Positions 37,544-49,219 of a stretch of 64,000 nt of DNA are shown piece by piece; positions within the stretch are counted from its first letter, which is position 1, and each line of letters begins with the position of its first letter. The translations under genes were made by a program, and so were the position numbers. Under the pieces are notes generated by a model. The model worked only from the letters and a program-made list of their open reading frames with translations, was not told the origin of the DNA and did no database searches. Where the stretch lies: assembly GCA_963715335.1 (NCBI GenBank), contig CAVQRZ010000005.1, positions 148,578 through 212,577 on the forward strand, written 5' to 3'. The DNA comes from an uncultured delta proteobacterium. GTDB lineage: Bacteria > Desulfobacterota > Desulfuromonadia > Desulfuromonadales > BM103.

Positions 37544-38002
37544 TTAAAGATCGGCCAGCCCCTGTGAGTGGCGAATCATGCGCTTCATCGCCTTCTCTTC
37601 CTGGGTTTTCAAGGTTGCTATGAGATTGATCAATTCCTTGTCGGTGCTATGCTCGAGCAGGTGGGCAAAATAGCTGATCAGGTTGCTTTTGTAGCTGACC
37701 GCTGCCTTGACCAGCTGATCAAGGTCCGTCCTGGCGTCCTCGCCGAGGGTGTCCTGGCGCGCAACGGGGAAGGTTATCTCCACCCCCTTGAACCAGTGAT
37801 CGAGGACCCGGTGCGAGGCATCCTGGCAGAACTCTCCCAGCGCCAGGGCCCTGTGCAGTTCGTGATCGATGAGGTAGTCGAGCATCAGGCGGACCCGCGG
37901 CGAAACGACACCGTCTGCCATCTCCTGGTAGTAGTCGCTGACCTTGCGATGATAATCCGGGGCCAGGTGCTGCAGGATTGTCCTTGTCTGTTCAAAACGC
38001 AT
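37544..38002 (-). CDS. Hypothetical helical protein, ferritin-like fold suspected
   Basis: 152 aa, CAGGAG RBS, 12 nt after nqrF; YHRKVSDYY..RLMLDYLIDHELH..LKTQEEK pattern. Confidence 0.5.
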   Translation of the reverse strand: MRFEQTRTILQHLAPDYHRKVSDYYQEMADGVVSPRVRLMLDYLIDHELHRALALGEFCQDASHRVLDHWFKGVEITFPVARQDTLGEDARTDLDQLVKAAVSYKSNLISYFAHLLEHSTDKELINLIATLKTQEEKAMKRMIRHSQGLADL

Positions 38003-38014
38003 GATCAGCTCCTG

Positions 38015-39244
38015 TCAGATGCCGAAATCATCAAACAAAATGTTTTCATATTCCACGCCCAGGTTGTAGAGCATCTCGGTGGCCGCCTTGTTCATCATCG
38101 GCGGGCCGCACATGTAAAACTCACAGTCTTCCGGTGCCGGGTGGTCGGCCAGGTAGTTGTCGTAAAGGTACTGGTGAACGAACCCCCTGGGACCGGTCCA
38201 GTTGTCTTCAGGCAGAGGATCGGACAGCACCAGGCGCCAGGTGAAATTTTCATGGCTCTCGGCCAGTCCATTAAATTCATCGACGTAGAATGCTTCACGC
38301 AGGCTGCGGGCGCCATACCAGAAAGAAATTTTTCGTTTCGATTTGAGCCGTTTGAGCTGATCGAAAATATGCGAACGCATCGGGGCCATGCCGGCTCCGC
38401 CGCCAATGAATACCATTTCAGCATCGGTGTCTCTGGCATAGAACTCGCCGAAGGGGCCTGAGACCATGACCGTGTCGCCCGGCTTCAGGCTGAAGATGAA
38501 GGAAGACATCTGTCCCGGAGGCGCGTCAGGGACAGCCGGCGGTGGCGGGCAAACGCGTACATTCAGCATGATGATCCCTTTTTCATCCGGGTAGTTGGCC
38601 ATCGAGTAGGCCCGCATGATCGGCTCATCGACCTCGGATTGGTACTGCCAGAGGTTGTACTTGTCCCAGTCCCCCCGGTATTCCTTGGCGATATCCATCG
38701 TCTTGTATTCCACGACATGCGGTGGAGCATCGATCTGGATGTAGCCGCCGGCCCGGAAATCCAGATCCTCCCCCTCGGGCAATTCTAGGACCAGTTCCTT
38801 GATGAAAGTTGAGCAACTCTCGTTGGAACGGACCCGGCACTCCCATTTCCTGATGGAAAAAATTTCGGCTGGCAGTTCCAGGTCCATGTCCTGCTTGACA
38901 TTGACCTGACAGGAGAGCCGGTACCCCTCTTTGGCTTCCCGCTTGGTGATATGAGCGGTTTCGGTCGGCAGGATGTCACCGCCACCAGATTTGATCTTGA
39001 CACGGCACTGAGCGCAGGTGCCGCCGCCGCCGCATGCCGAGGGGATGAATATCTCGTGGTTGCCAAGGACGTTGAGCAGTTTCTCACCGGGATTCACCGA
39101 TATGCTCTTGTCCTCATCCCGGTTGATTTTGAGCAGGACTTTTCCGGCCGGAATCAGCCAAGACCTGGTGATCAGGATAAAGACCACCAAGAGCATGACA
39201 ATCACGGTGAATATCAGTACGCCTAAGCCTATCTCGATCATCAT
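38015..39244 (-). CDS. nqrF: Na+-NQR subunit F
   Basis: [51 protein letters not shown]. Confidence 0.95.
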   Translation of the reverse strand: MMIEIGLGVLIFTVIVMLLVVFILITRSWLIPAGKVLLKINRDEDKSISVNPGEKLLNVLGNHEIFIPSACGGGGTCAQCRVKIKSGGGDILPTETAHITKREAKEGYRLSCQVNVKQDMDLELPAEIFSIRKWECRVRSNESCSTFIKELVLELPEGEDLDFRAGGYIQIDAPPHVVEYKTMDIAKEYRGDWDKYNLWQYQSEVDEPIMRAYSMANYPDEKGIIMLNVRVCPPPPAVPDAPPGQMSSFIFSLKPGDTVMVSGPFGEFYARDTDAEMVFIGGGAGMAPMRSHIFDQLKRLKSKRKISFWYGARSLREAFYVDEFNGLAESHENFTWRLVLSDPLPEDNWTGPRGFVHQYLYDNYLADHPAPEDCEFYMCGPPMMNKAATEMLYNLGVEYENILFDDFGI

Positions 39245-39252
39245 TCCTGCCG

Positions 39253-39864
39253 TTACAACTGGATCCCGGAAAACGCCATAAAAGCCATGGCCATCAGTCC
39301 GGCGATCATAAAGGTAATGCCCAGCCCCCGCAGCCCGGCCGGAACATCTGCATATTTCATCTTTTCACGGATGCCGGCGAGGGCGACGAGAGCAAGAGCC
39401 CAACCGGCACCACTACCGAACCCGAAGACCACGCTTTCGGCAAAGTTGTAGTCCCGCTCAACCATGAAGAGGGAACCGCCCAGAATGGCGCAGTTCACGG
39501 TTATCAGGGGAAGAAAGATCCCCAGAGAGTTGTAGAGAGCGGGCACATAGCGGTCGAGGACCATTTCGAGGACCTGCACAATCGCGGCAATCAGACCGAT
39601 ATAGCAGATCAGGCCAATGAAGGTGAGATTCGTATCAGTCAAACCGAGCCAGGAAAGGGCCCCCTCCTTGAGGAGGAACTGGTAGATCAGGTTGTTTGCA
39701 GGGACCGTAATCGTCTGCACCACGACCACCGCGACGCCGAGGCCAATGGCTGTATCCACCTTCTTTGACACGGCCAGGAAGGTGCACATACCGAGGAAAA
39801 AAGCGAGTGCCATATTCTCAATAAAGATCGACTTGATCAGGAGACTGAGATAGTGTTCGATCAT
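39253..39864 (-). CDS. nqrE: Na+-NQR subunit E
   Basis: [43 protein letters not shown]. Confidence 0.95.
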   Translation of the reverse strand: MIEHYLSLLIKSIFIENMALAFFLGMCTFLAVSKKVDTAIGLGVAVVVVQTITVPANNLIYQFLLKEGALSWLGLTDTNLTFIGLICYIGLIAAIVQVLEMVLDRYVPALYNSLGIFLPLITVNCAILGGSLFMVERDYNFAESVVFGFGSGAGWALALVALAGIREKMKYADVPAGLRGLGITFMIAGLMAMAFMAFSGIQL

Positions 39865-40488
39865 CTAGTTCTCCTCCTCAACCTGGTCGCTTTTCCATGT
39901 GCGCAACGCCCAGATCAACAAGCCGATGATGAAAAATGCGCTCGGCGGCAGCAGCATCAAGCCGTTGGGCAGGTACCAGCCACCTTCGCTGGTCGTCGGC
40001 AGAAGGGTCAAACCGAGCAGTTTGCCAGCGCCAAACAGCTCACGGCAGAATGCCACCAGCAGCAGGACAAGGCTGTAACCGAGACCGTTGCCGACGCCAT
40101 CGAGAACACTGAGTCCGGGCGGGTTCTTCATGGCGAAGCCCTCCGCACGGCCGAGGACGATGCAGTTGGTGATAATCAGACCGACGAACACTGACAGCTG
40201 CTTGCTGATACCGAACGCGTAGGCCTTGAGAAACTGGTCAACGATGATGACCAGGGTGGCAATAATCGTAATCTGTACAATGATGCGGATGCTGCTCGGG
40301 ATCTGCTTGCGGATCAGGCTGACCGAGACGTTGGAGCCGGCGAGGACAAAGATAACCGCCAGGGCCATAACCACTGTTGTTTCGAGCTTGGAGGTGACGG
40401 CCAAAGCGGAGCATATCCCGAGAATCTGCAGCCCGATCGGGTTTTTATTGAATATCGGGTCGATTAATACATCCCTGGCATTGCTCAT
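39865..40488 (-). CDS. nqrD: Na+-NQR subunit D
   Basis: [46 protein letters not shown]. Confidence 0.95.
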   Translation of the reverse strand: MSNARDVLIDPIFNKNPIGLQILGICSALAVTSKLETTVVMALAVIFVLAGSNVSVSLIRKQIPSSIRIIVQITIIATLVIIVDQFLKAYAFGISKQLSVFVGLIITNCIVLGRAEGFAMKNPPGLSVLDGVGNGLGYSLVLLLVAFCRELFGAGKLLGLTLLPTTSEGGWYLPNGLMLLPPSAFFIIGLLIWALRTWKSDQVEEEN

Positions 40489-41261
40489 TGCTTCACCCCT
40501 TCTTCTTCCAGTTTGGCAAGAAAAGTCCTGTAACCATTATTGCCCATCCAGTATTTAAGCAGGTTGCCAACACCCCGGGCGGTCAGGGTCGCCCCGGAAA
40601 GGCCATCGACCTGGTAGACAGCCTGTTCTGACTCCCTGTCAACCATGCCTTTCAGGACTTCGATGCTGGTGTTGCCTGCTTCGTCGTAGATGCGCTTTCC
40701 TGACCACTGCTTCTTCCAGTTCGGGTTGTCGATCTCTCCACCGAGGCCGGGAGTTTCACCGTGTTCGTAAAAGGCGAAGCCGATGACCGTGGTCAGGTCT
40801 GCATCAAGAGAGATAAAGCCGTACATCGTCGACCACAGCCCCTTGCCGTACACCGGCATGATAACCTGCAGCAACGTGTCGCCATCCATAACCAGGTAGA
40901 TGTCCTGGTAACGGGAGTGGGCCTTGATGCCGGCCAGGTCCTGCCCCTCCGGAATGAGAAACCGGGTTTCAGGTTCCCGGGCGAGCACACGACTGTCAAA
41001 GGTTGAAACATCGAACTTCGAGGAAAACTCACCCGTCTGCAGATCAACGATGCGAGTCTGGATGTTGCTGAACTGCTCATCAAGCGAGAGGCCGGGATCG
41101 TAGAGCCCTGCCGCCTGCAGGATATTCTTCTTCTTTTCTTCAGCCTTGTTGCGTTCCTGTCGCTCACTCAACCCCACGGCTGCAGCGGAGACCAGGATGG
41201 AACAGACCACGCAGAGGAGGAAAGCAACGGTCATGATTTTTCCGGTACTATCCCTGGACAT
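40485..41261 (-). CDS. nqrC: Na+-NQR subunit C
   Basis: [40 protein letters not shown] (FMN-Thr motif). Confidence 0.95.
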   Translation of the reverse strand: MSRDSTGKIMTVAFLLCVVCSILVSAAAVGLSERQERNKAEEKKKNILQAAGLYDPGLSLDEQFSNIQTRIVDLQTGEFSSKFDVSTFDSRVLAREPETRFLIPEGQDLAGIKAHSRYQDIYLVMDGDTLLQVIMPVYGKGLWSTMYGFISLDADLTTVIGFAFYEHGETPGLGGEIDNPNWKKQWSGKRIYDEAGNTSIEVLKGMVDRESEQAVYQVDGLSGATLTARGVGNLLKYWMGNNGYRTFLAKLEEEGVKQ

Positions 41262-42456
41262 GCCTCAGCCTCCTCTTGACATGGACCTTGAGCACCATCT
41301 GATCGATCAACGGCGCAAAGACGTTGCCGAACAGGATGGCGAGCATCATCCCTTCCGGAAAGGCCGGGTTGATGACGCGAATCAGGATGCACATCATGCC
41401 GATCAGGAAACCATAGATCCATTGACCTTCCTCGGTCATGGCTCCGGACACCGGGTCGGTGGCCATGAAAACCAGGCCGAACGCCAACCCGCCCAGCACC
41501 AGGTGCCAGTGCGGGCCAATCCCGAACATCGGGTTGGTGCTGCTGCCGATCAAATTGAATATCAAGGAGAGGACCACCACGCTGCCGAGCCCGGACAGCA
41601 TGATTCGCCACGAGCCGATGCCGGAAAGAATCAGGACTGCAGCACCGAACAGGCAGGCCAGAGTCGAGGTTTCTCCCATCGATCCGGGGATCAGGCCGAA
41701 AAAGGCGTCAAACCAGCTGGTCACACTCATGACCGCCTGCACGCCGCCTTCCGCAGCATGGCTCAGCGGCGTCGCCCGGCTGATGCCATCCACGGCGGTC
41801 CAGACCTTGTCGCCGGTAATCTGTGCCGGGTAGGCGAAAAACAGGAAGGCCCGCCCGGTGAGCGCCGGGTTGAGAAAGTTCTTGCCGGTCCCGCCGAAGA
41901 TCTCCTTGCCGACAACAACCCCGAAGCTGATCCCCAGTGCCACCTGCCAGAGCGGCAAGGATGGCGGGCAGATCAGCGGAAAGAGCGAACCGGTCACCAG
42001 AAAGCCTTCGTTGAGCTCGTGACGGCGGACAATGCAGAAGAGCGCCTCCCACAGGCCGCCGACGATGTTGGTGACCAGGTAGATCGGTACGAACCAGGCT
42101 GCGCCAAGCAGCAGGTTGTCGACCATGCTGTTCGGGTTGCCGCTGTAACCGAGCAGACCAAGCAGAACACCACGCCAGCCCTCGACACTGCCGCCGTTCA
42201 ACTGCATGACGCTGTTGGCCTGGTAGCCGGTGTTCCACATCGCCATGAAGAAACACGGGACCAGGGCCAGCACCACGGTAATCATCACCCGCTTCAGGTC
42301 CATCGCATCCCTGACATGCGGAGCACCGCCGGTCACCTCGCCAGGGGTGTAGGTAAAGGTGTCGATGGCTTCGTAGAGCGGGTAGAATTTCTCGAACTTG
42401 CCGCCATGGGTAAAGTGGGGATGCAGTTTGTCAAGGAGGTTGCGAAGCGCTTTCAT
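41248..42456 (-). CDS. nqrB: Na+-NQR subunit B
   Basis: [51 protein letters not shown]. Confidence 0.95.
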   Translation of the reverse strand: MKALRNLLDKLHPHFTHGGKFEKFYPLYEAIDTFTYTPGEVTGGAPHVRDAMDLKRVMITVVLALVPCFFMAMWNTGYQANSVMQLNGGSVEGWRGVLLGLLGYSGNPNSMVDNLLLGAAWFVPIYLVTNIVGGLWEALFCIVRRHELNEGFLVTGSLFPLICPPSLPLWQVALGISFGVVVGKEIFGGTGKNFLNPALTGRAFLFFAYPAQITGDKVWTAVDGISRATPLSHAAEGGVQAVMSVTSWFDAFFGLIPGSMGETSTLACLFGAAVLILSGIGSWRIMLSGLGSVVVLSLIFNLIGSSTNPMFGIGPHWHLVLGGLAFGLVFMATDPVSGAMTEEGQWIYGFLIGMMCILIRVINPAFPEGMMLAILFGNVFAPLIDQMVLKVHVKRRLRHVQG

Positions 42457-43793
42457 TATCCCTCCTTCTCGATCTTCAGCAGGGCCTGCCGGAGATGGTA
42501 GCCATAGTCCATTTTCCCGGAGCAGACAAAGCTGCACAAAGCCAGGTCCTCCTCGTCGAGCTCCAGGCAGCCGAGCTCCTGGGCCAGGTCGGTGTCGAGC
42601 GTCAGCAGCGTACGAAGCAGCCAGGTGGCCTTGACATTGAGAGGCATAACCTTCTCGAAAGCACCGGTCGGCACCATGGCCCGCAGGCTGCCGTGGGTAC
42701 TGGTCGTCATCGGCAGTTCGCGCCGCGGCAACAGCGATGAAGCAAACAGTTTCTTGACCGAAAACCTGTCAAAACCCGGCATGCACCAGCCCAGGAATTC
42801 GCGCTGGCCGCCCTCTTCAAGGACCGAGACCTGGTTATGGTAGCGGCCGAGGAAATCGCGGGAATCTTTGGCGGTATACCCTGTCAGTACCGATCCGGAA
42901 ATGACCCGGGGCTGTTCAGACTGCAGTTGCCCTGCAACCAGCTCGGAGAGGCAGGCGCCCAGGCGGGTGCGAATCAATCTCGGTCGGGCGACAGCCGGGC
43001 CTGCGAGGGAAATAACCCTTTCACTGAGGAGTCTGCCGGCCAGGAAAAGGTGGCCGATGGCGAGAACGTCCTGGTAGCCGATATGCCAGACCATGCGCTG
43101 CTGGTTGACATGTTCGAGGAAATGGATATGGGTCCCCACCAGGCCGGCAGGATGGCAGCCGCCAAATTCACTGACGGTGACCTCCTCCGGCGCAGGAATC
43201 CGCGCGTCAGACGCTTTGCACAGGTAGGTCTTGCCGGTCGTCAGGTGGCGAACGATTTTCAGGCCGGCCTCAAATTCGCTGGCCTTTGCCGCGATCACGA
43301 CCTGCGGGTCCGCGGCCAACGGGTTGGTATCGATCGCGGTGACAAACAGCGCCGCCGGCCGTGAGCCCGGCAGCGGGACCTTGCTGTACGGCCGGGTCCG
43401 GAATGCAGGCCACAAACCGGCAGTGATCAGCCGCTGCTCGACCTGATTGCCGTCAAGTCGTCCAAGCTGATCAGCAGAGACCGCCGGAAAGGTTCTCTCG
43501 TCATCGCCGGAAACCTCTATCACCAGGGACTGGAAGACCCGCCGCTCGCCACGGTTGATGGCAACCACCTTGCCAGCCGCCGGCGCGCAATAGACGACCG
43601 CGGAATTTTTCTTGTCACTGAAGACGGGCTGGCCCAGCGCCACCCGATCCCCTTCCTCGACCAGCAGGGTCGGCTTCATGTCCTGGTAGTCACTGCCGAC
43701 CAAAGCCACCCTTGAAATTGGCGGGCCGTCTTCAATGTGCATAGCCGGCGCGCCGCCAATCGGCAGATCAAGACCTTTCTTAATCTTGATCAT
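42456..43793 (-). CDS. nqrA: Na+-NQR subunit A
   Basis: [56 protein letters not shown]. Confidence 0.95.
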   Translation of the reverse strand: MIKIKKGLDLPIGGAPAMHIEDGPPISRVALVGSDYQDMKPTLLVEEGDRVALGQPVFSDKKNSAVVYCAPAAGKVVAINRGERRVFQSLVIEVSGDDERTFPAVSADQLGRLDGNQVEQRLITAGLWPAFRTRPYSKVPLPGSRPAALFVTAIDTNPLAADPQVVIAAKASEFEAGLKIVRHLTTGKTYLCKASDARIPAPEEVTVSEFGGCHPAGLVGTHIHFLEHVNQQRMVWHIGYQDVLAIGHLFLAGRLLSERVISLAGPAVARPRLIRTRLGACLSELVAGQLQSEQPRVISGSVLTGYTAKDSRDFLGRYHNQVSVLEEGGQREFLGWCMPGFDRFSVKKLFASSLLPRRELPMTTSTHGSLRAMVPTGAFEKVMPLNVKATWLLRTLLTLDTDLAQELGCLELDEEDLALCSFVCSGKMDYGYHLRQALLKIEKEG

Positions 43794-43986
43794 GGTCACA
43801 CCACCGTCTGCTTGTCAGAGAACTACCCATTGTTTGAAGCTTCCTCTTGGCCAGGAACGGACCGGATTGGACGAGGTTTCCGCCAACAGCCTTGTCGTTA
43901 TTGATTTATGAGGTTGTCTCATCATGGTACACCTGAACCCTGAAAGGGCCAGGAGCATTCTATGTCCTGCTTTGATTGCCGGCGGG

Positions 43987-44424
43987 TCACTGTTCACCCT
44001 TGATATATTTTTCCAGTTGCCTGATGACGAAATCCTTTTTATCAATCGAGGCCTTCACCAGGTCGCCGATCGAGACCATGCCAACCATCTCATCGCCATC
44101 CATGACCGGCAGGTGACGGCAACGGGTCTCGGTGACGATCGCCATGGCTTCGTCGACCAGGGTTTCCGGTTTGACAAAGTAAATGTCCTTTGACATGACA
44201 TCAAGCACCTTGATCGTCCGGCAGGAATTGCTGCAAAACTCCAACTCGCGAGCATAATCACGCTCGCTGAACATGCCGACCGGGCGCCCGTCTTGCATAA
44301 CAACCAGGGCTCCGACATTGCTGTCTGCCATCATCTTCAGAGCTTCATAAACACTGGCGTCCGGCGAGATGCACAAAACCCCGTGCCCTTTCCGATCAAG
44401 AATCTGTTTAACGCTCTCGAGCAT
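43987..44424 (-). CDS. CBS-pair domain protein
   Basis: ISPDASVYEAL..NVGALVV..GMFSERDYAR..RHLPV..GMVSIGDLVK; GGGAGG RBS. Confidence 0.85.
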   Translation of the reverse strand: MLESVKQILDRKGHGVLCISPDASVYEALKMMADSNVGALVVMQDGRPVGMFSERDYARELEFCSNSCRTIKVLDVMSKDIYFVKPETLVDEAMAIVTETRCRHLPVMDGDEMVGMVSIGDLVKASIDKKDFVIRQLEKYIKGEQ

Positions 44425-44634
44425 ATTCCTCCCGTCGGGGACTGGTTGTCTACAGTCTAGCAAAAATTTGCTTGAGTGAAAGCTCAGGACAGGTCCAGCG
44501 CTGTAATGTTTATTGAATTTTGCCTGTACGAAATCACGAATAGCCCCGGCCTCCGCAAGCAATCTCCAGCGCTTCACGCCACGGCAAATAATGACGTTAC
44601 AAGTTATATATAGGTGATAGCTTGAGAAAATTCA

Positions 44635-44700
44635 ACGATAAAGCCAAACCCGTCGCATGACTTAGGGCGGAAAGCCGGTTCTGCAAACTTTACCGGATCT
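44635..44700 (+). ncRNA. Degenerate GEMM-I (c-di-GMP/c-AMP-GMP) riboswitch-like sequence upstream of msrA
   Basis: ACGATAAAGCCAAACCCGTC..GGGCGGAAAGCC resembles the 5' half of GEMM-I; the P3 and 3' end are not canonical. Confidence 0.35.
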
Positions 44701-44797
44701 TTACACATCCTTTAATCACTCCTTGGACAGCTCTGCTATACTTCATCCGAAACAAATCGAAAATTTTGCAACCTATCTCTGCACGACGGGAGGTCTT

Positions 44798-45388
44798 ATG
44801 AGATCCAAACGAATTCTTTTCCTCTTCACCATCCTGCTGATTTTTGCCGCCAACGCCTTGGCTGACAAAACGATCCTGGCGGGGGGATGCTTCTGGTGCA
44901 TGGAGTCTGATTTTGAAAAAGTTGTTGGCGTAACGGACGTGGTGTCCGGATTTACCGGTGGCACATTGCCAGACCCGACCTACAACGGCAATCATGAAGG
45001 GCACTACGAAGCGGTCGAAATCACCTATGATCCGAACCAGGTGAGCTACCGACAGTTGCTCGAATATTACTGGGTTAACATCGACCCCTTTGATGATCGC
45101 GGGCAATTCTGTGATAAAGGGCACAGCTACCTGGCGGCCATTTTTGTCGCCAATGACTCAGAGCGGAAAATAGCTGAGGAAACAAAGGCACAGGTTGTCG
45201 CGATGTTCCCCGACCAGACCGTGGTCACACCTATCCTGGACGCCTCAACCTTCTACCCGATCAAGGGCAGCGAAAGTTATCATCAGGATTATTACAAGAA
45301 CAATCCGATTCGCTACAATGCGTACCGGTGGAACTGTGGTCGCGACCAGCGTTTGAGGTATATCTGGGGAGACAAGGCAACTCATTGA
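44798..45388 (+). CDS. msrA: Exported peptide-methionine (S)-S-oxide reductase
   Basis: Signal peptide; LAGGCFWCMES, GHYEAV, GQFCDKG, ESYHQDYY; GGAGG RBS. Confidence 0.9.
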   Translation: MRSKRILFLFTILLIFAANALADKTILAGGCFWCMESDFEKVVGVTDVVSGFTGGTLPDPTYNGNHEGHYEAVEITYDPNQVSYRQLLEYYWVNIDPFDDRGQFCDKGHSYLAAIFVANDSERKIAEETKAQVVAMFPDQTVVTPILDASTFYPIKGSESYHQDYYKNNPIRYNAYRWNCGRDQRLRYIWGDKATH

Positions 45389-45417
45389 CCGGTGCAACGA
45401 GCTCAGGAGAGAAGAGA

Positions 45418-46557
45418 TCAGGTGCTGGATGATGTCAGCCCGAGCTTTTCAGCCTGCCTGGCCAGTTCTCGACAGACAGCTTGATGCTCCTGATGCAGTT
45501 CGCAGGCAACCTGGTAGAAACTTGCAGCATCAGACTGTTGACGATATTCGATCAACTGCGAAGCAATTTCGCCAAAGAACCAACCGTTCTCATGCTCATT
45601 GGCCATAAGTTGACGATAGCAGCAGACAACCTCATTGAATTCGCCGCGTATGGCGTGCACCTTGGCAAGGCCTAGCAGGCTGAATTTGTCATAATCGTTG
45701 TCAAGAGCCTTCCGGTATGTTGATTCGGCAGCAATCAGATTGCCGTCATTTCTATAGGCATCCCCCAGGCGAGTGAACAAGTCGGCATTACCTTGTGATA
45801 ACTCAAGAACTCGCTCCCAGAGAGAAATGGCCATAGGGTAATCACGTTGCCAGCGATAGTAGTGACCAAGTCCATACAGGGCATAAGTATTGTCACTTTC
45901 CAGATCGAGAGCTTTTTCGAAGTGTCCTCTGGCTTTGTCATGTTCCCCACGACGCCTTTCGAGATTGCCCAAAGTAGTCAGGATATTGATCATCTCAGGA
46001 CTTTTCTCCAGAACTTGCTCATAGTACTGGATGGCAATCTCGTCTTGTCCGGTTTTATGGTACAGATCAGCCAGGCCCATCAGAGCATGGCTGTCTTCGT
46101 TGTTGATGTGCAGAGCCCGACGATAACATTCCTCGGCCAACTCAAGTTTGCCGATGTTTTTGAGCCCATCTGCTATCCGGGTAAGCACGAAAACATCCCG
46201 AGGTCGGCACTGGATGTAACGTTCCCACAGCATCAGGGCCTCATCAAGCAGATTCTGGTCGCGGCGAGTATCCCCTAAACCGCGTAACGCAAAGAGGTTG
46301 TCCGGCTCTTGGGCCAGAACTCTTTGGTAACAGCGGGCAGCCTTTGAAAAGTTTTTTAGCCCGCGCTGGGCATCGCCAATACCGACGAGTATATATGGAT
46401 TGGTTGGCTCGAGCTTAAGGGCTTCATCGAACAGGGTACAGGCCTCATGGTAGCTTTTTTTCTTGAGTAGTTGATGGCCTCGCTTGGAGAGTTCAAGGAT
46501 CTTCGTATAGTCGGGTGAGCGGATCATGGAATTCTCAGTTTGTGCGTTTGTCTTCAT
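45418..46557 (-). CDS. Tetratricopeptide-repeat protein
   Basis: Repeated TPR-like units (ALKLEPTNPY, VLAQEPDNLFAL, ALDLESDNTYALYGLG). Confidence 0.8.
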   Translation of the reverse strand: MKTNAQTENSMIRSPDYTKILELSKRGHQLLKKKSYHEACTLFDEALKLEPTNPYILVGIGDAQRGLKNFSKAARCYQRVLAQEPDNLFALRGLGDTRRDQNLLDEALMLWERYIQCRPRDVFVLTRIADGLKNIGKLELAEECYRRALHINNEDSHALMGLADLYHKTGQDEIAIQYYEQVLEKSPEMINILTTLGNLERRRGEHDKARGHFEKALDLESDNTYALYGLGHYYRWQRDYPMAISLWERVLELSQGNADLFTRLGDAYRNDGNLIAAESTYRKALDNDYDKFSLLGLAKVHAIRGEFNEVVCCYRQLMANEHENGWFFGEIASQLIEYRQQSDAASFYQVACELHQEHQAVCRELARQAEKLGLTSSST

Positions 46558-46750
46558 TGCAGACTCACAATTATTTGAAATACTCCGATGGCAGAGGGAA
46601 GAGGCTCAACCTGTTTACGTGCGGAAGGAACCAAGTCTAAAACAAGTTTTAGCAGACGACCACGCACAATTCTCTCACAATGACTCTCTCGGTTGATCGT
46701 GTGAGCACCTGATAATTTGAGGACAGGATTCCTAAGTGATTCAGATAAAT

Positions 46751-46782
46751 AAAAAAAAGCCCCCGATCCAAAGATTGAGGGC
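46751..46782 (-). terminator. Intrinsic terminator on the minus strand
   Basis: Minus strand GCCCTCAATC-TTTG-GATCGGGGGC followed by 8 T. Confidence 0.6.
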
Positions 46783-47160
46783 CTTCGTGTTTAATCTATG
46801 ATGATAAGGCTTTAAAGGGGTGACTATCCAGGAATCTGCCCGTATAGCGCTTGATCCTCCAAAAACTATTTAGCAAGACAGGGTAATGTTCTACTATAAT
46901 CTACGAGGTCCATCATGTCTTGGATATCATGCCCGCGATCCAACACTATCTTCGGATTTTGGTGCTGAACTTCTAAATCAAAAAATCCTGCCTTTCAATT
47001 AGTACAATCACAACAGCCTATTTTTGAAATATTCTGTTCATTCATCAATGTCCATCGGGTCTTGTCTGTTTGAGTGACACGGTGGCCTCAAAATACATCA
47101 GCAACAAGAACCGTCGAAAACGTCCAGCCGCTATGACCGATACCGTATAAGTTTAAGGAG

Positions 47161-47862
47161 TCAACTTCTCCAGCCTCCTGATCGGAGGAATTTCTGAATT
47201 TGAATCTCTTCGTCAAGATCGAGGAATTCCACGCCCATTCCAGGAGGGTGATCTTTATTGATCGGGGAGACCAATGAATTCACCCAGGCAACCCGGCCCC
47301 GACAAATGATCGGTTCATTTTTCTCCGGGTGAGAGAATTTAAGCTTCAACGCCACCCCGGGTGAGAGGGGGCTATCGGTTTCCAGGAATAGGCCGCCGCC
47401 ACTCATATTGAAAGTATATCCGGCGGTATAATCAGAAAACTTTTTATCTTCACCATAATAGACTTCGACTTTCACCGGGATTCTCGGTGACTTGCGTTTG
47501 CCGAGGGTGATTTGCAGTATGGTTCTTAACTGGGTCTCATTGGGCGGTTTGCGCAGAAACGTTGAAATACCCAACTTCTTGGCCCTGAACACTTTTTCCT
47601 CATCGTCTTCACTGGAAAGCATGACGATTGGAACAAACCTGCAATTCGGATAAGTCCTTACCCGTTTTGTGAACTCCAGCCCGTCCATGATTGGCATATT
47701 CAGATCCGTGATAATCATATCAAATCGGTCTGATTCGACCTTCCGGCAGGCATCGCTGGCATTGTCGAAAGTCGTCACTTCGTAATTGAGCTTCTTCAAG
47801 ATGTCGCCAATGACCTTCAGCATGAAAGGAGAATCATCCAGGACAAGTATCTTTTGTTTCAT
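47161..47862 (-). CDS. Response regulator: receiver domain plus PilZ domain
   Basis: ILVLDDS, ITDLNMPIMDG, KP; then RKSPR and NMSGGGLF (PilZ RxxxR and D/NxSxxG), GMGVEF. Confidence 0.85.
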   Translation of the reverse strand: MKQKILVLDDSPFMLKVIGDILKKLNYEVTTFDNASDACRKVESDRFDMIITDLNMPIMDGLEFTKRVRTYPNCRFVPIVMLSSEDDEEKVFRAKKLGISTFLRKPPNETQLRTILQITLGKRKSPRIPVKVEVYYGEDKKFSDYTAGYTFNMSGGGLFLETDSPLSPGVALKLKFSHPEKNEPIICRGRVAWVNSLVSPINKDHPPGMGVEFLDLDEEIQIQKFLRSGGWRS

Positions 47863-48239
47863 GATTGCCACCTCAATTCAATTTATCCCCAAAAGTTCGC
47901 TCGAGGCCTGACTGAGCACAACTTTCCCCCTTGGAATGGATTTCGAAGGGCTGTCTAATTCAATATTCTACAATCGGGTCATTTGCCCGTGAACCGCACA
48001 AACAGAAACCGCTAATCGGCACAGACCGGCTGAGCGGTTCTAAATTATGTCTGATTAATGGGTAAGAAAGGCTTCCTGCACAAATAAAATCCCCGGATAA
48101 CTCATAAAAAACAAGCGATACCATATACTTGAGAGACAGATCCTGTCAAACCGTTTAATCAAGTCATAGTCAGCAATGTACCGCAAGCGGCAGGCAAAGG
48201 TCAAAATGATTAATCCGTTCAGGAAAGGCGACGCTGCGG

Positions 48240-49088
48240 TTAATCTTCAGCCATGTCAGGGTCCCGGGCCTTGTCGTCACGGGCGCCCTGACGCCCGTCT
48301 AGCTGCCCGAGCTGGACCAGGGCATCATTGATCTGGCTTTCGTCTAGGATGCTGCGCAGACCCAGCAGCTTGATCAGCCTTGCTGCCCGTTGACGTACTT
48401 TGCCGGGCCTGTTCTGCGGGTTGAACGCGACGCGCGGTCCGGGCAGCGTGGCAACGAGGAAGGCCGCCTCGGCAGGGTCGAGATACTCCACCGGCTTACC
48501 GAAATGATGTTCGGCAGCGTGTCCGAAACCATAAACCAGCGGGCCCAGTTCGACCACGTTCAGGTAAAGCTCCAGGATCCTGCCCTTGGTCAGCTCCCGT
48601 TCCATGCGCGTTGCAAGCACCAGCTCCCTCAGCTTGCGCAACACCGATTTATCACGGGACAGGAACAGGTTCTTCGCCAACTGCTGGGTGATGGTCGAAG
48701 CACCATATTGCAGACGCTTGTGCTTCAGGTCATATTTCAAAGCCTCCTTCAATGCCGTCACATCGACACCGCCATGTTCGTAGAAGTTGGCATCCTCGGC
48801 AACAATAACCGCCCACTTTAGCTCGATGGGAAACAACTCCAGGGACGTCCAGTGCGAATTTGCCGGCCCGACCAGGAACGAATGCATCGTTCCCTGCCAG
48901 TCGGGGACCGAAATCGTCAGTGTGTTTACTCGGGCTTTCAGCGGCGAGATATCCGGCAGTTCCCAGAAGACTGCGAACGTGAGTGCCCCAACGAGCAGGA
49001 TGAGCACGAACAGGGACCAGAGCAATAACTTGCCCAGTTTCTTCGAGCCGCGCATCAACTTTTGGGCCGGTCTGAAGTTTTGACTCAT
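48240..49088 (-). CDS. mtgA: Monofunctional peptidoglycan transglycosylase
   Basis: AEDANFYEHGGVD, GASTITQQLAKNLFL, RKLRE, KGRILELYLN. Confidence 0.85.
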   Translation of the reverse strand: MSQNFRPAQKLMRGSKKLGKLLLWSLFVLILLVGALTFAVFWELPDISPLKARVNTLTISVPDWQGTMHSFLVGPANSHWTSLELFPIELKWAVIVAEDANFYEHGGVDVTALKEALKYDLKHKRLQYGASTITQQLAKNLFLSRDKSVLRKLRELVLATRMERELTKGRILELYLNVVELGPLVYGFGHAAEHHFGKPVEYLDPAEAAFLVATLPGPRVAFNPQNRPGKVRQRAARLIKLLGLRSILDESQINDALVQLGQLDGRQGARDDKARDPDMAED

Positions 49089-49219
49089 TCGGTCGCTATG
49101 TTCGTGAAAGGGCCGCGATCCATCGTGTCTCCATAATTTGACCGCAGGGCGCGGGATTACTGCGCAATTAGGGGGCGGTGACGATTAACAAAGGGGTTGC
49201 CGCAGATTATCCTGCTCAA

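Noticed and set aside
41146..42501. Long antisense ORFs (451 aa opposite nqrB; also opposite nifD/K, moeB, tupB)
   Set aside because: Shadow frames expected in GC-rich coding DNA; no RBS or domain motifs.
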